From Pseudoalteromonas tetraodonis (lineage in GTDB: Bacteria > Pseudomonadota > Gammaproteobacteria > Enterobacterales > Alteromonadaceae): DNA of 32,000 nucleotides. Of the stretch, positions 18,858 through 27,325 are shown piece after piece (position 1 is the first letter of the stretch; each line of letters starts with the position of its first letter). The stretch is taken from contig NZ_CP011042.1 of assembly GCF_002310835.1 (NCBI RefSeq), positions 450,001-482,000 of the forward strand. Reading direction: 5' to 3'. The notes under the pieces were generated by a model. It saw only the letters and a list, made by a program, of their open reading frames with translations, did no database searches and was not told the origin of the DNA. Position numbers and translations under genes: made by a program.

Positions 18858-21800
18858 TTAAAACTTATAGCTAACACCAATTTTAGCTTGCCAAGCTGAT
18901 GAGCTAGTTTGATATTGGCTATAGTTACGAACATCAGCGCCATTAAATCTGCTATCAATTATATAACGACCTTGATCGTCTAAGCCGCCAAAGTCGTAAA
19001 CTGCTTGGTCAGAGAAACCTAAGCGCTTTTCTACGCCCCAGTCACTGTTTAATAAGTTGGCAAAGTTATCAATCATAAAGTAAACCTCACCGCTATGACC
19101 TTTTGCAAAACCAGGGATCTCTTGTTTAACGCTAATATCCATAGTGGTAACCCATGGTTGCGTACCTGAGTTACGGTCTAAGATTTGGCCTCGCTCAGAA
19201 ATACCCGCTCTATTAAGTAGTGTCTCAAGTTCACTCCATGATAGCCCTGATTCATCCCAATTTACATTGGCATCATCTGCACCAGTTGGAATATACGCTA
19301 AATAAGCTGAGCTTGAATAAAAGTCACGCGTATCACCTAAGTCACTATCTTGATACATACCCATAGTATAGCTAAATGGACGACCAGAGCGACGTTCGAA
19401 ATACACATTAAACCTTGTGGCATAACCACTGAAGAACTCAGTGTTATACGCTAAATTAACTTTAAAGCTATGCTCTACTTCATACGCACCACGGGCAGCA
19501 AAGTCTTCATTTCGGCTCTTAGTGATATTGTACTGATAGTTGCTTTGTGCACGTGAAGAAGAACCTGAAGACGCTTCTGTTACATCTTGATGCGCATAGC
19601 TTGCTGAAATATAAAGGCCATTTTCCCACTCTTTAGCTAGTGCTGTTGTAATAATAACAGAACGACCATCATCAGTTGAGTTAGTCATTGCTATATCAAA
19701 GTTATCAGCTAAATCACCGCTGTAAATACTTTCATAGATGATACGCTCGCCGTCGGCCGCTACACCTACAGGTTTAATGGCGGTGTTATGCCACACAGCT
19801 TCGTTTTCTTTTTTGTGATAAGCAATTTCTGCTTGCCATTTAAAGCCTTCACCTAGTAATTCAGAATCAAAGTCGTACTCAAATCCAAGTTGTGCACGAA
19901 TACTTGACGGTAGTTCAAAGTTAGGATCAACATAGTTAGTGCTACCTGCACCTTGAACTAAAGAGCCTTTTATGGCATCTGGTACTTGAGTGATATCAGC
20001 TTGATTATTAGCATAATAATCGTTAATAGCACTTTGAGGTGCATCTACAAAAGTAATGCCATCGTTTTGGAATGAGTTATTGTACCAAACGTTAGGGATA
20101 CCACCTTGGAAACGACCTACACCACCGTTAACTGTTAATGCTTCTGTAGCGTAATACTTAAAGCCAATACGCGGTAGAATAATATCTAACCCATCGAGGT
20201 TTTCTTGATTGCTAAAGCCATAGGTGTTTAAAAAGTTTTCGTTGAGTGTTGGTTTATCATCAGAAGATAAACGCTCATAACGAACACCTGCCGTTACTTC
20301 TAAATCATCACCAACATAAAAAGTATCTTCAATGTAAAGTGCTAATTGATTACGGGTTGCGTCGTAAGCAGTGTCATTAGGGTTATTTGTAAAGGCATTG
20401 CTGTAGCTAAAATCGTACTTTCCTTTGTAGTTACCTACTTCACGATTTTCGAAACCATTAAAGTTATCAAATTCCCATGAACCGAGAGAGTTAGCTGCAA
20501 AAAGGTTGTATAAGTTTAACGACTCATATTGCATACCAAAGTTAATTTCATGCTCGTCCATTAAATAAGTGGCATCAAGAGAAAGTGTTAAATTTTCTGT
20601 TGCTGAGCTATTTGCATGGCGAAACTCATCGGTACCAAAGTTATAAGAAGGCCCGCGGAAGTATTCTTCAACTTTAACGCTACCAATATCAGAATTTGTT
20701 AAACTTCTCGATGATACATCTTTGTATGCAATACCGATTTCAGTTGAAAAGTCTTCATTCCAATCTGAATATAGCTTGGTAGCAAAGTTATTAAACTTGG
20801 TTGCGTAGGTATAACGACTTGATGCAAACTGAACTGATGTGCCACCAGTACCAAAGTTTGTTTCATCTTTGTCATCTTGCCACTGATAGGTAAAATCTAA
20901 GCGATGATCATCAGCAATGTTCCAGCTTAATTTTACAAGTAATGTTTCGTTGGTGTCTTTAGGGTCGCCTCCAAGAGAGTCTGTTAAGCCGTATTCGTTA
21001 TTTAGAATATTAAGGAAACGGTTATAGCTTTCTTCACTCACATCGTATTCGTTGGTTGCGCCTGAACCTTCAAAACCATAATCTAAATCTAGTTCACTCG
21101 ACCATTTGTTGTAGTTAACAAAGTAAAATAAGGTATCGTCTATAAGTGGGCCGCCAACATTAAAACCGTAGCGTTTTTCAGTTTGATTAGGTTCTACTTG
21201 TTCAACAATGTATGTGCGGTGACCATCGTCATCTAAAACAGGGCGGTTATCAGCAAACACTTGAGATATGCTGTCTACATCGCCAGCAATATCTGGTGTC
21301 GATGTTTCGTAAAAACCAGAAAACTTAAGTTCGTTAGTACCTGACTTAGTTACCGCGTTAATAGTACCACCACCAAAGTTGCCTTTAGAGGCTGAAAATG
21401 GAGAAACATCAACAGATATTTGCTCAATCGCATCAAGGGCTACAGGGGGCTGCGAAGTAGGGTAGCCGCCGTAACTTAAACCAAAGTCGTCATTTTGGCC
21501 AATACCATCTACAGTTAAACCATTTGTACGTGGGTTGCTACCGGCAAAGGTTAGCTCGCCGCTACCATTAATACTAGCAAGTGGGTTTAAACGTGCGATG
21601 TCTTTAATGTCACGATTAAAGCTAGGCATATTATTGATAGTATCTTCGCCAAACGTACTACTAGAGCCACCTGACTGTTGTACAATTTTATAACCAGAGA
21701 CTTCAATCTTTTCAATGTTTAGCGGCGCTAATTGCGATGTTAATCTGTAAGTTTCGCCAAGGTTTAAAAAGATGTTTTCAACGGTGGTATCGTTAAACGT

Positions 21801-22064
21801 ATCAGAGTCGATGATCACAGTGTAAGGTCCACCAACACGCAAACCATTCGCAATGAAAGTACCACTTTCATTGGTCGTTAGTTCACTAATTGTGCCAGTT
21901 GGTTGATGAACAACCTTAATTTTAACGTTTGCAGCGCTCGCACCTGAAGGTGTGGTTATTTTACCACGCATTGCAGATGAAGTGTCAGCAGCCATAGCGC
22001 TTGTTGAAACTCCTAGAGCTAGAATTACAGCCCCAGTTAATTTCGAAAGGCGAAGCTTAGTCAT
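18858..22064 (-). CDS. TonB-dependent outer-membrane receptor, Oar-like, paralogue of 15342-18530
   Basis: 1068 aa with the same architecture (GKITTPSGASAANVKIKVVH...GLRVGGPYTV, EKIEVSGYK, NAVTKSGTN, C-terminal KIGVSYKF). A long block is shared with the paralogue (DDKPTLNENFLNTYGFSNQ...PRIGFKYYATEAL...NVWYNNSFQNDGIT). Confidence 0.93.
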   Translation of the reverse strand: MTKLRLSKLTGAVILALGVSTSAMAADTSSAMRGKITTPSGASAANVKIKVVHQPTGTISELTTNESGTFIANGLRVGGPYTVIIDSDTFNDTTVENIFLNLGETYRLTSQLAPLNIEKIEVSGYKIVQQSGGSSSTFGEDTINNMPSFNRDIKDIARLNPLASINGSGELTFAGSNPRTNGLTVDGIGQNDDFGLSYGGYPTSQPPVALDAIEQISVDVSPFSASKGNFGGGTINAVTKSGTNELKFSGFYETSTPDIAGDVDSISQVFADNRPVLDDDGHRTYIVEQVEPNQTEKRYGFNVGGPLIDDTLFYFVNYNKWSSELDLDYGFEGSGATNEYDVSEESYNRFLNILNNEYGLTDSLGGDPKDTNETLLVKLSWNIADDHRLDFTYQWQDDKDETNFGTGGTSVQFASSRYTYATKFNNFATKLYSDWNEDFSTEIGIAYKDVSSRSLTNSDIGSVKVEEYFRGPSYNFGTDEFRHANSSATENLTLSLDATYLMDEHEINFGMQYESLNLYNLFAANSLGSWEFDNFNGFENREVGNYKGKYDFSYSNAFTNNPNDTAYDATRNQLALYIEDTFYVGDDLEVTAGVRYERLSSDDKPTLNENFLNTYGFSNQENLDGLDIILPRIGFKYYATEALTVNGGVGRFQGGIPNVWYNNSFQNDGITFVDAPQSAINDYYANNQADITQVPDAIKGSLVQGAGSTNYVDPNFELPSSIRAQLGFEYDFDSELLGEGFKWQAEIAYHKKENEAVWHNTAIKPVGVAADGERIIYESIYSGDLADNFDIAMTNSTDDGRSVIITTALAKEWENGLYISASYAHQDVTEASSGSSSRAQSNYQYNITKSRNEDFAARGAYEVEHSFKVNLAYNTEFFSGYATRFNVYFERRSGRPFSYTMGMYQDSDLGDTRDFYSSSAYLAYIPTGADDANVNWDESGLSWSELETLLNRAGISERGQILDRNSGTQPWVTTMDISVKQEIPGFAKGHSGEVYFMIDNFANLLNSDWGVEKRLGFSDQAVYDFGGLDDQGRYIIDSRFNGADVRNYSQYQTSSSAWQAKIGVSYKF

Positions 22065-22107
22065 AATGTTGATTTCCCATGTAGATGATTTAAGTTAGAA
22101 ACTAAAT

Positions 22108-22962
22108 TTATTTTTGTGTTTGCTGTGTTAAGGCCATTTTTGATTGCGTGTTAGCAGGATCAAATAATGTATTTAACAATCCAGCCAAGCGAATTCCCGC
22201 TTGTTGCAAGCGTGTTTTCACAATAGGGGTGTTGTTGTAGATATAGTCGTAGCTAATCTGTTCTTCTGTTGAGTCATATATTTTTAGGGCTAAGTTGTGC
22301 GACTCTTCAAGCCAGCTTGCTGGTGTACTTTGTAAATATTCACTAATTAGCTCGCTGTTGTTGGTATTTATAAACTGAGCGTATTCAGTAAAAGATAAGT
22401 TTTCGTTTTCTACTAACTTGGTATCCCATAAGCTATGAAGATTGGTTTGTTGGTTAAAAAAAGAAACCTTAACGCGATTGCCGCCTCTATCTTCTGCTCT
22501 TCCTGCATGAAATGGTTGATGGCTGTCGCCGACTAAGTGCACCAAAAAACGCAAGCTAAACTGTTTGGCCGCAAGGCTTGATTTATCATCTTTCAACACG
22601 CGGATAGAGTAGTGAATGCCTTCTAATATGTTTGTTACTGATTCTTTGTGTTTAGTGTGGTCGTGGTCAAAACTAAAGGTCGCGTTGTCATCAGCATTAA
22701 TGTAATGCCAACGAGATGATTTTTTTTGCCAAAAGTCACCTGGTGCAGATCGCATTTCGTCAGGCCATGTTGAAATCTGAGCTAAAGATTCGCCGTTGAG
22801 ATAGGGGATAAGTGCAGTCTTAGTAGTTTCGCTTATGTGCGACTCTGCAATTTTACCCACTACACGATGCCCGTTTTGGCCCCAAGCATTACAATCTGTG
22901 CTTGCAAATATTGCACTAATTAAAAGTGTTAAAGAAAGCGAATATTTTACATTTTTGTACAT
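22108..22962 (-). CDS. Secreted S1/P1-family zinc nuclease
   Basis: Signal peptide ending ...TDCNA, then mature N-terminus WGQNGHRVVG (N-terminal Trp is a Zn ligand in this family). WPDEMR, WHYIN, HLVGDSHQPFH, GGN and NLHSLWD are all present. Its stop is only 43 nt upstream of the TonB-receptor ATG, with no hairpin between. Confidence 0.92.
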   Translation of the reverse strand: MYKNVKYSLSLTLLISAIFASTDCNAWGQNGHRVVGKIAESHISETTKTALIPYLNGESLAQISTWPDEMRSAPGDFWQKKSSRWHYINADDNATFSFDHDHTKHKESVTNILEGIHYSIRVLKDDKSSLAAKQFSLRFLVHLVGDSHQPFHAGRAEDRGGNRVKVSFFNQQTNLHSLWDTKLVENENLSFTEYAQFINTNNSELISEYLQSTPASWLEESHNLALKIYDSTEEQISYDYIYNNTPIVKTRLQQAGIRLAGLLNTLFDPANTQSKMALTQQTQK

Positions 22963-23100
22963 TGAAGCATCCTAGTTAGTGTGACATTTATTTTGTAAAC
23001 GCTGATAAGGTCAATTGTCCTCATTTTTTTGGTTGATAGAAAGGACTCAATAAAATTCATATTTTCTTGTTTAAAATTGTTTTTATTCAATGGCTTGGGT

Positions 23101-23129
23101 TTGACAGGTAAAATTACCTGTTGTAATAA
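23101..23129 (+). promoter_or_regulatory. Consensus -35 (TTGACA) overlapped by an 18 bp perfect palindrome, with a weak -10-like TAATAA 17 bp downstream
   Basis: TTGACA at 23101-23106. ACAGGTAAAATTACCTGT at 23104-23121 is a perfect palindrome. TGTAATAA lies at 23122-23129. The element is 19-45 nt upstream of the ATG at 23148. Confidence 0.4.
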
Positions 23130-23147
23130 GTAATTAAAATTGTTCAA

Positions 23148-24068
23148 ATGAGCTATTACTCTAATTTAAATGGGTGTTTTTTGAATATTAAGAAGTTAAT
23201 GTTGCATAAAACAGCGATTGTTATATTTATGTTTCTGGGCGTGTTGCTAAGTTGGTTTTCAGGTCAAGTTATTGTGGGCGAAGAAGATATAACATTCCCA
23301 GTGATAATAGAGACATCAACGACATGTCAAACAACGGCAACGGCTAATAAGAGTCAACTTATAGTATTTACCCCCTCAAAATACGTTGCTCAGTTACTTA
23401 CTCAAAATCTCTGTGGCGACAAAGTAGTGGCAAAACAGTATGGCTCTGTCATTGGCTATTGGGGATATAGAACCGTTGATAGCTTAGAGTTTGTAGGTAA
23501 AGGTATTGCAGATTTAATTTTAGCGAAAAATAATATCATGGATGCGTTTAAGGCTGAATCTACTTACAACTATCAGCCTGTGGTTGGCTTTTCTGATTAC
23601 ACTGCATTTTTTATCTCTTCAAAAGAAAAACCTAAGATCAGCAAACAATATTTTTTAGATAAAAAAATCGGTCTGTTAGATTATCCAACGAGTCGCTCAG
23701 GACACATTTTACCCAAGCAAGCCTTTAAAGAGCTAGGCCTAAACATTGCTCAGCTAAAAATAACCTATGCGAGTTCACACAATGAGTTGAGAGAATTATT
23801 GGCGAACGGGGAAGTAGACCTTATTGCCTCTTTTTGGAGAGAAAGTGACAGTCAGCGTTTTTCAAAAAATTATATTACGCCTATTAGTAGTAATGTGGCA
23901 GGCACCCGTTGGTACTTAAAAATGCAGCATAACAATACTGATTTACTCTGTGCTGTACAGTCTCACTTATTGAGTATGTCTAAGGAACAATCGTTTCAAT
24001 ATTATCAAGATGTTGAGCCATATTGGCAGTGCAATAGTTACCCCGTTACCTTTATAGGGGAGTCGTAA
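23148..24068 (+). CDS. Membrane-anchored periplasmic binding-protein-fold protein (PhnD / phosphonate-binding-like type 2 PBP domain)
   Basis: One N-terminal hydrophobic helix (AIVIFMFLGVLLSWF). The block KKIGLLDYPTSRSGHILPKQAFKELGLNIAQLKITYASSHNELRELLANGEVDLIASFW resembles the PhnD-type core (binding-loop TSxSG, then xGxxDxA). An alternative in-frame start is the ATG at 23199. Confidence 0.6.
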   Translation: MSYYSNLNGCFLNIKKLMLHKTAIVIFMFLGVLLSWFSGQVIVGEEDITFPVIIETSTTCQTTATANKSQLIVFTPSKYVAQLLTQNLCGDKVVAKQYGSVIGYWGYRTVDSLEFVGKGIADLILAKNNIMDAFKAESTYNYQPVVGFSDYTAFFISSKEKPKISKQYFLDKKIGLLDYPTSRSGHILPKQAFKELGLNIAQLKITYASSHNELRELLANGEVDLIASFWRESDSQRFSKNYITPISSNVAGTRWYLKMQHNNTDLLCAVQSHLLSMSKEQSFQYYQDVEPYWQCNSYPVTFIGES

Positions 24069-25015
24069 TGAATAGGTTAATATGGATAATATGCACAATT
24101 TTTTTATTCTTGGTTTTCTCGTCAGTATTTTATTTTTCGACAATACAAAAACAACAGCAAGTAAATAAATTACAAATAATACAAATAGAAAAACGAATCG
24201 CTTTAGACTTACCTTTGTTAGATTTATCAAATGAGCTGCTTAAACACTCAGGTAATAAAGCAGCTTTACTTAATTATATTCAAACCTTAAACACCTTTAT
24301 TGATAGTACCGGTATTGAGGTTGTAGCTATAACGCCAAAACATGAATTTGATGCTTCTTTAAAAACTTCCACAGAGTTTATTCGAGAGTTAAATAGTAAT
24401 AATGGTGTGGTGTTTATTGTTTTGTCTTTGAGGCAGCCGTATTTTACGCGTGATGTGATAGCTATTTATGGGATGCTTTTTATTCTTAGCATATTACTAA
24501 CATACCTAATAAAATTAGCATATATCAACAAAAATGATGATAAACAGGTTATTCACGCAGAATCAAATACTACAGAGTCAAAACCATTAACCCTGATTAT
24601 TGATTTAAAAAGTAAAACCTTATCTAGTAGCGTTTCTTTGGAGCACCAAGTGGCTTTGGCAAACAAACCTCTATGTTTTTATTTAGCGCTTGTTGAATAT
24701 TGCACTAACAATCCAGAGATCAAGCTTAATCATAACAAGAATGTACCCGAGGAATTGATAGAGCTTGCCAATAAGTATTTCTATCGTTTAGTTGAGCTTG
24801 GTCATACAGTAAGAAAACGTCCAAACTTTAATAACAGTCTAGAGAAAACATTAAGTGAAATTCGTGCGGCACTGGATGACGTGTTAAATGATTGCCCTGA
24901 ACAAAAGGGATTATACTACCCACCGAAAGCATTTGGAGAGGGCTCACGCTCACGAATGCACAGTTATGGGTTAGCAAATGTGGGTCAAGGAAATATAGAA
25001 ATAATAGGAAAGTAA
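24068..25015 (+). CDS. Two-TM membrane protein with a ~110 aa periplasmic domain and a C-terminal cytoplasmic winged-helix-like (OmpR/ToxR-type?) domain
   Basis: The ATG overlaps the upstream stop (TAATG at 24066-24070). TM1 is LIWIICTIFLFLVFSSVFYF and TM2 is VIAIYGMLFILSILLTYLIKLAY. The C-terminal region (24581-25012) follows the spacing pattern of Trans_reg_C domains: LIIDLKSKTL..., VALANKPLCFYLALVEYCTNNP, RKRPNFNNSLEKTLSEIRAALDDV, MHSYGL. The domain call is inference only. Confidence 0.6.
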   Translation: MNRLIWIICTIFLFLVFSSVFYFSTIQKQQQVNKLQIIQIEKRIALDLPLLDLSNELLKHSGNKAALLNYIQTLNTFIDSTGIEVVAITPKHEFDASLKTSTEFIRELNSNNGVVFIVLSLRQPYFTRDVIAIYGMLFILSILLTYLIKLAYINKNDDKQVIHAESNTTESKPLTLIIDLKSKTLSSSVSLEHQVALANKPLCFYLALVEYCTNNPEIKLNHNKNVPEELIELANKYFYRLVELGHTVRKRPNFNNSLEKTLSEIRAALDDVLNDCPEQKGLYYPPKAFGEGSRSRMHSYGLANVGQGNIEIIGK

Positions 25016-25088
25016 TCGTGCTTTGCTACTTAACCATAACTCTGATTAAGAGAGCTTAAATTGGTTTGGTTAGCACATAAACCTCAAC

Positions 25089-25122
25089 GATGAGTGTCAT
25101 GACTATATCAATGACACTCATC
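25089..25122. terminator. Hairpin between convergent genes (probable terminator)
   Basis: Perfect 12 bp stem GATGAGTGTCAT / ATGACACTCATC with a 10 nt loop. There is no strong U-tract. Confidence 0.5.
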
Positions 25123-25140
25123 ACTGTTCAATACAGATTA

Positions 25141-26760
25141 CTATTTAGGTGCAAACTCATGTGCATCAACAGGGCTGTGCTCTGCAAAAAATCGTTTTAA
25201 TGCCTGAGCGTCCGTTTCATCGGTGCTTACGAATCCTTTCATGTGAGTAATTTTAGGGTAACTATCGCCACCAGAAGCATTATATTCATTAATACTCATG
25301 CGGTATGTTTTGTTTATATCAAGCGGCTTGCCGGCGATGAACACGTTAGTTACTTGATCCTCTTTAAGCTCAAAGGCTAAGTTGTGGTATTGCATGTAGG
25401 CTCCAGAGTCTGGTGGGAAACGCGTCACGACATTTAAATAGGTTAAAATATCATTGCCTTTGAAATCGATATAAGCGACACGGTTTTTAAAAGGCTGTAC
25501 TTTGAGTATGTCTTTATAACTCACGTCACCCGCATTGATGCTATCGCGAACACCGCCACCACTGATAATGCCAAAATCGGCACCTACGGTATTCATTTGC
25601 GCTTGAATAATAACGCGGGCAAGGTTAGTTTGCTCAAAGCGTACTTTATTTCGATCTCCCTCGAGTCTGTCATTCACAAAGCCAATTTTACCTTCAATTT
25701 GCTTTGCCCCTTTTTGTTGGTATGCCGCTAAAAAGGTTTGCAGTGCTGGATCTGGTTTAATGTAATTTGCAGCAAGTACGGATTTTACGCTACCGTCTTT
25801 TTGCTTTTTATCTACGTATAAATTAACGGGCAATAATTGATAACTTAGCAGTGATAATTGACCGTTTTCTAATTTAAACTCCGCTTTACCCACATACTTA
25901 CCCCATTCATGGGCTTGCATTATCCAGGTTCCATTTTGTCGATCAGGTTTACAGGCTAAACCTGGCTTAAAATTCTCATCTGTGACATTTTCTGCAGCCA
26001 TACACACTGGCTCTTGGGAATGGCCACCAATAATCATATCAAGGGCATTTTTATCTAAAGAGCGGGCAAGTGTGACATCACCTGGGGCATTTATTCCATA
26101 ATTGGCATCTACATAATGCCCCATGTGCGTTACCGCAATGGTAATGTCAGGATTGTATTTTGCTTTTAATGTTTGGGTAAGTGAGGCGGTTATTTCAACC
26201 GGATCTTTAAAATCTAAATGGCCAATGTATTGCGGGTTACCAATTTTAGCGGTGTCTGTCGTTGTTAACCCAATTACAGCAATGGTTAAGCCGCCTTTGT
26301 TGAATATTTTATAACGTTCAAAGATAGTTTCATTAGTTTGTTTATCAAAGATATTAGCTGATAAAAGAGGGAAATTAGCCCATTGCTGTTGCTGTCTTAA
26401 TACACTTAATGGATTATCAAACTCGTGGTTACCTAGTGCCATTGCGTCATAGCCAATTTTCGACATGCCTTTGAAATCGGGCTCAGCAAATTGTAGATCT
26501 GATTCAGGGATACCGGTATTAATATCGCCACCTGATAATAATAAAACCTGATGCCCTTGTGCTTTTGCATCGGCTCTTAGCTGGTCGATTAGGGTTTTAC
26601 GCGCAGCCATACCATATTCGCCTTTTTCATTATGCCAAAAGCGACCATGATTATCATTGGTATGAAGAACAGTTAAATAGTGTGCTGCAGGTTTATTGAC
26701 TGAGTCACTGACACAGCCATATAAACCAAGAAATAAAATGAGAAAAACAAGAATACGCAT
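25141..26760 (-). CDS. ushA: 5'-nucleotidase / UDP-sugar hydrolase (UshA/NutA family), predicted lipoprotein
   Basis: Calcineurin-like phosphoesterase motifs are present: LHTNDNHGRF, LLSGGDINTG, LGNHEFD, VTHMG, IIGGHSQ. A C-terminal 5'-nucleotidase domain follows. I prefer the ATG at 26760, giving MRILVFLILFLGLYGC (lipobox LYGC), over the TTG at 26781. Confidence 0.92.
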   Translation of the reverse strand: MRILVFLILFLGLYGCVSDSVNKPAAHYLTVLHTNDNHGRFWHNEKGEYGMAARKTLIDQLRADAKAQGHQVLLLSGGDINTGIPESDLQFAEPDFKGMSKIGYDAMALGNHEFDNPLSVLRQQQQWANFPLLSANIFDKQTNETIFERYKIFNKGGLTIAVIGLTTTDTAKIGNPQYIGHLDFKDPVEITASLTQTLKAKYNPDITIAVTHMGHYVDANYGINAPGDVTLARSLDKNALDMIIGGHSQEPVCMAAENVTDENFKPGLACKPDRQNGTWIMQAHEWGKYVGKAEFKLENGQLSLLSYQLLPVNLYVDKKQKDGSVKSVLAANYIKPDPALQTFLAAYQQKGAKQIEGKIGFVNDRLEGDRNKVRFEQTNLARVIIQAQMNTVGADFGIISGGGVRDSINAGDVSYKDILKVQPFKNRVAYIDFKGNDILTYLNVVTRFPPDSGAYMQYHNLAFELKEDQVTNVFIAGKPLDINKTYRMSINEYNASGGDSYPKITHMKGFVSTDETDAQALKRFFAEHSPVDAHEFAPK

Positions 26761-26800
26761 AAAATACCTATCGATTAACAAAACTCAGTATAGTAGGCGG

Positions 26801-26814
26801 CTAGTTTAAACTAG
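26801..26814. promoter_or_regulatory. 14 bp perfect palindrome in the ushA upstream region
   Basis: CTAGTTTAAACTAG lies 41 nt upstream of the ushA ATG and 22 nt downstream of the preceding small gene. Its function is unknown. Confidence 0.25.
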
Positions 26815-26835
26815 TTCGAGGTTAAAAAAACGCAC

Positions 26836-27030
26836 TTATTCATATTTTTCAGCCAATGAGACTTCACGTTGCTGCTCTACAACCCGTTTTCTGCGTGCGA
26901 GCTCATCATGTGCGTATTGAGATTTTTGATGATTTACATCAATCATCCATTTCAAAAAGCTGACGGGAAGCTGGGTGTATGGTTCACCTTGGTGTAGCCC
27001 AAAGTCACAAATAGTCGTGTTGTTTGCCAT
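26836..27030 (-). CDS. Small protein (64 aa), DUF3820 / ExoX-C-terminal-like
   Basis: I prefer the ATG at 27030 (AGGAG upstream on the minus strand). The motif FGLHQGEPYTQLPVSFLKWM resembles the (F/K)GKxxGxxxxxxPxxYLxW motif I recall from that family. The family call is weak. Confidence 0.5.
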   Translation of the reverse strand: MANNTTICDFGLHQGEPYTQLPVSFLKWMIDVNHQKSQYAHDELARRKRVVEQQREVSLAEKYE

Positions 27031-27325
27031 TATATTTACTCCTATCACTGTGTAGGCTGATAATAACAAAAAAAGAGTGATTGATAAGGGGCTTTTTAAG
27101 TACCTTGCTAGGCTTAAAGTTAATTAAAAAAGAGTCACCGTGATGTACACCAAGGCACTCAGACAATTAACTCTCCATCACGTGTTTAAAATTAAAATGT
27201 AAACAGTTGTAACTACAGTGTAATTACTTTGATATGAATTGTAGCGTTAAGTGCTTATGTATCGATTTATAAAATGAATAACACTACTCTATGACGCCTA
27301 ATGACAATAAAAAATAGGAATAATA

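Noticed and set aside
22947-23147. 66 aa ORF on the minus strand in the divergent intergenic region
   Set aside because: It overlaps the nuclease start codon region and spans the promoter and palindrome DNA. It is Asn/Lys/Phe-rich as expected from AT-rich non-coding sequence, with no Shine-Dalgarno sequence or motif.
22963-23147. Pho box or Fur box controlling the nuclease/receptor operon, the second receptor (18531-18790) or ushA (26761-26835)
   Set aside because: Only a half-site-like TGTCAC (reverse complement of 22998-23003 region) was seen. There is no pair of CTGTCAT repeats at 11 bp spacing and no GATAATGATAATCATTATC-like sequence. The evidence is insufficient to call either.
26801-26814. 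A shared regulator for the RND operon and ushA, based on TAGTTTA...TAAACTA appearing in both the 3225-3254 palindrome and CTAGTTTAAACTAG
   Set aside because: The shared part is a 7-mer of A/T-rich sequence and the spacing is completely different (16 bp against 0 bp between half-sites). The match is plausibly chance in a genome of this composition.
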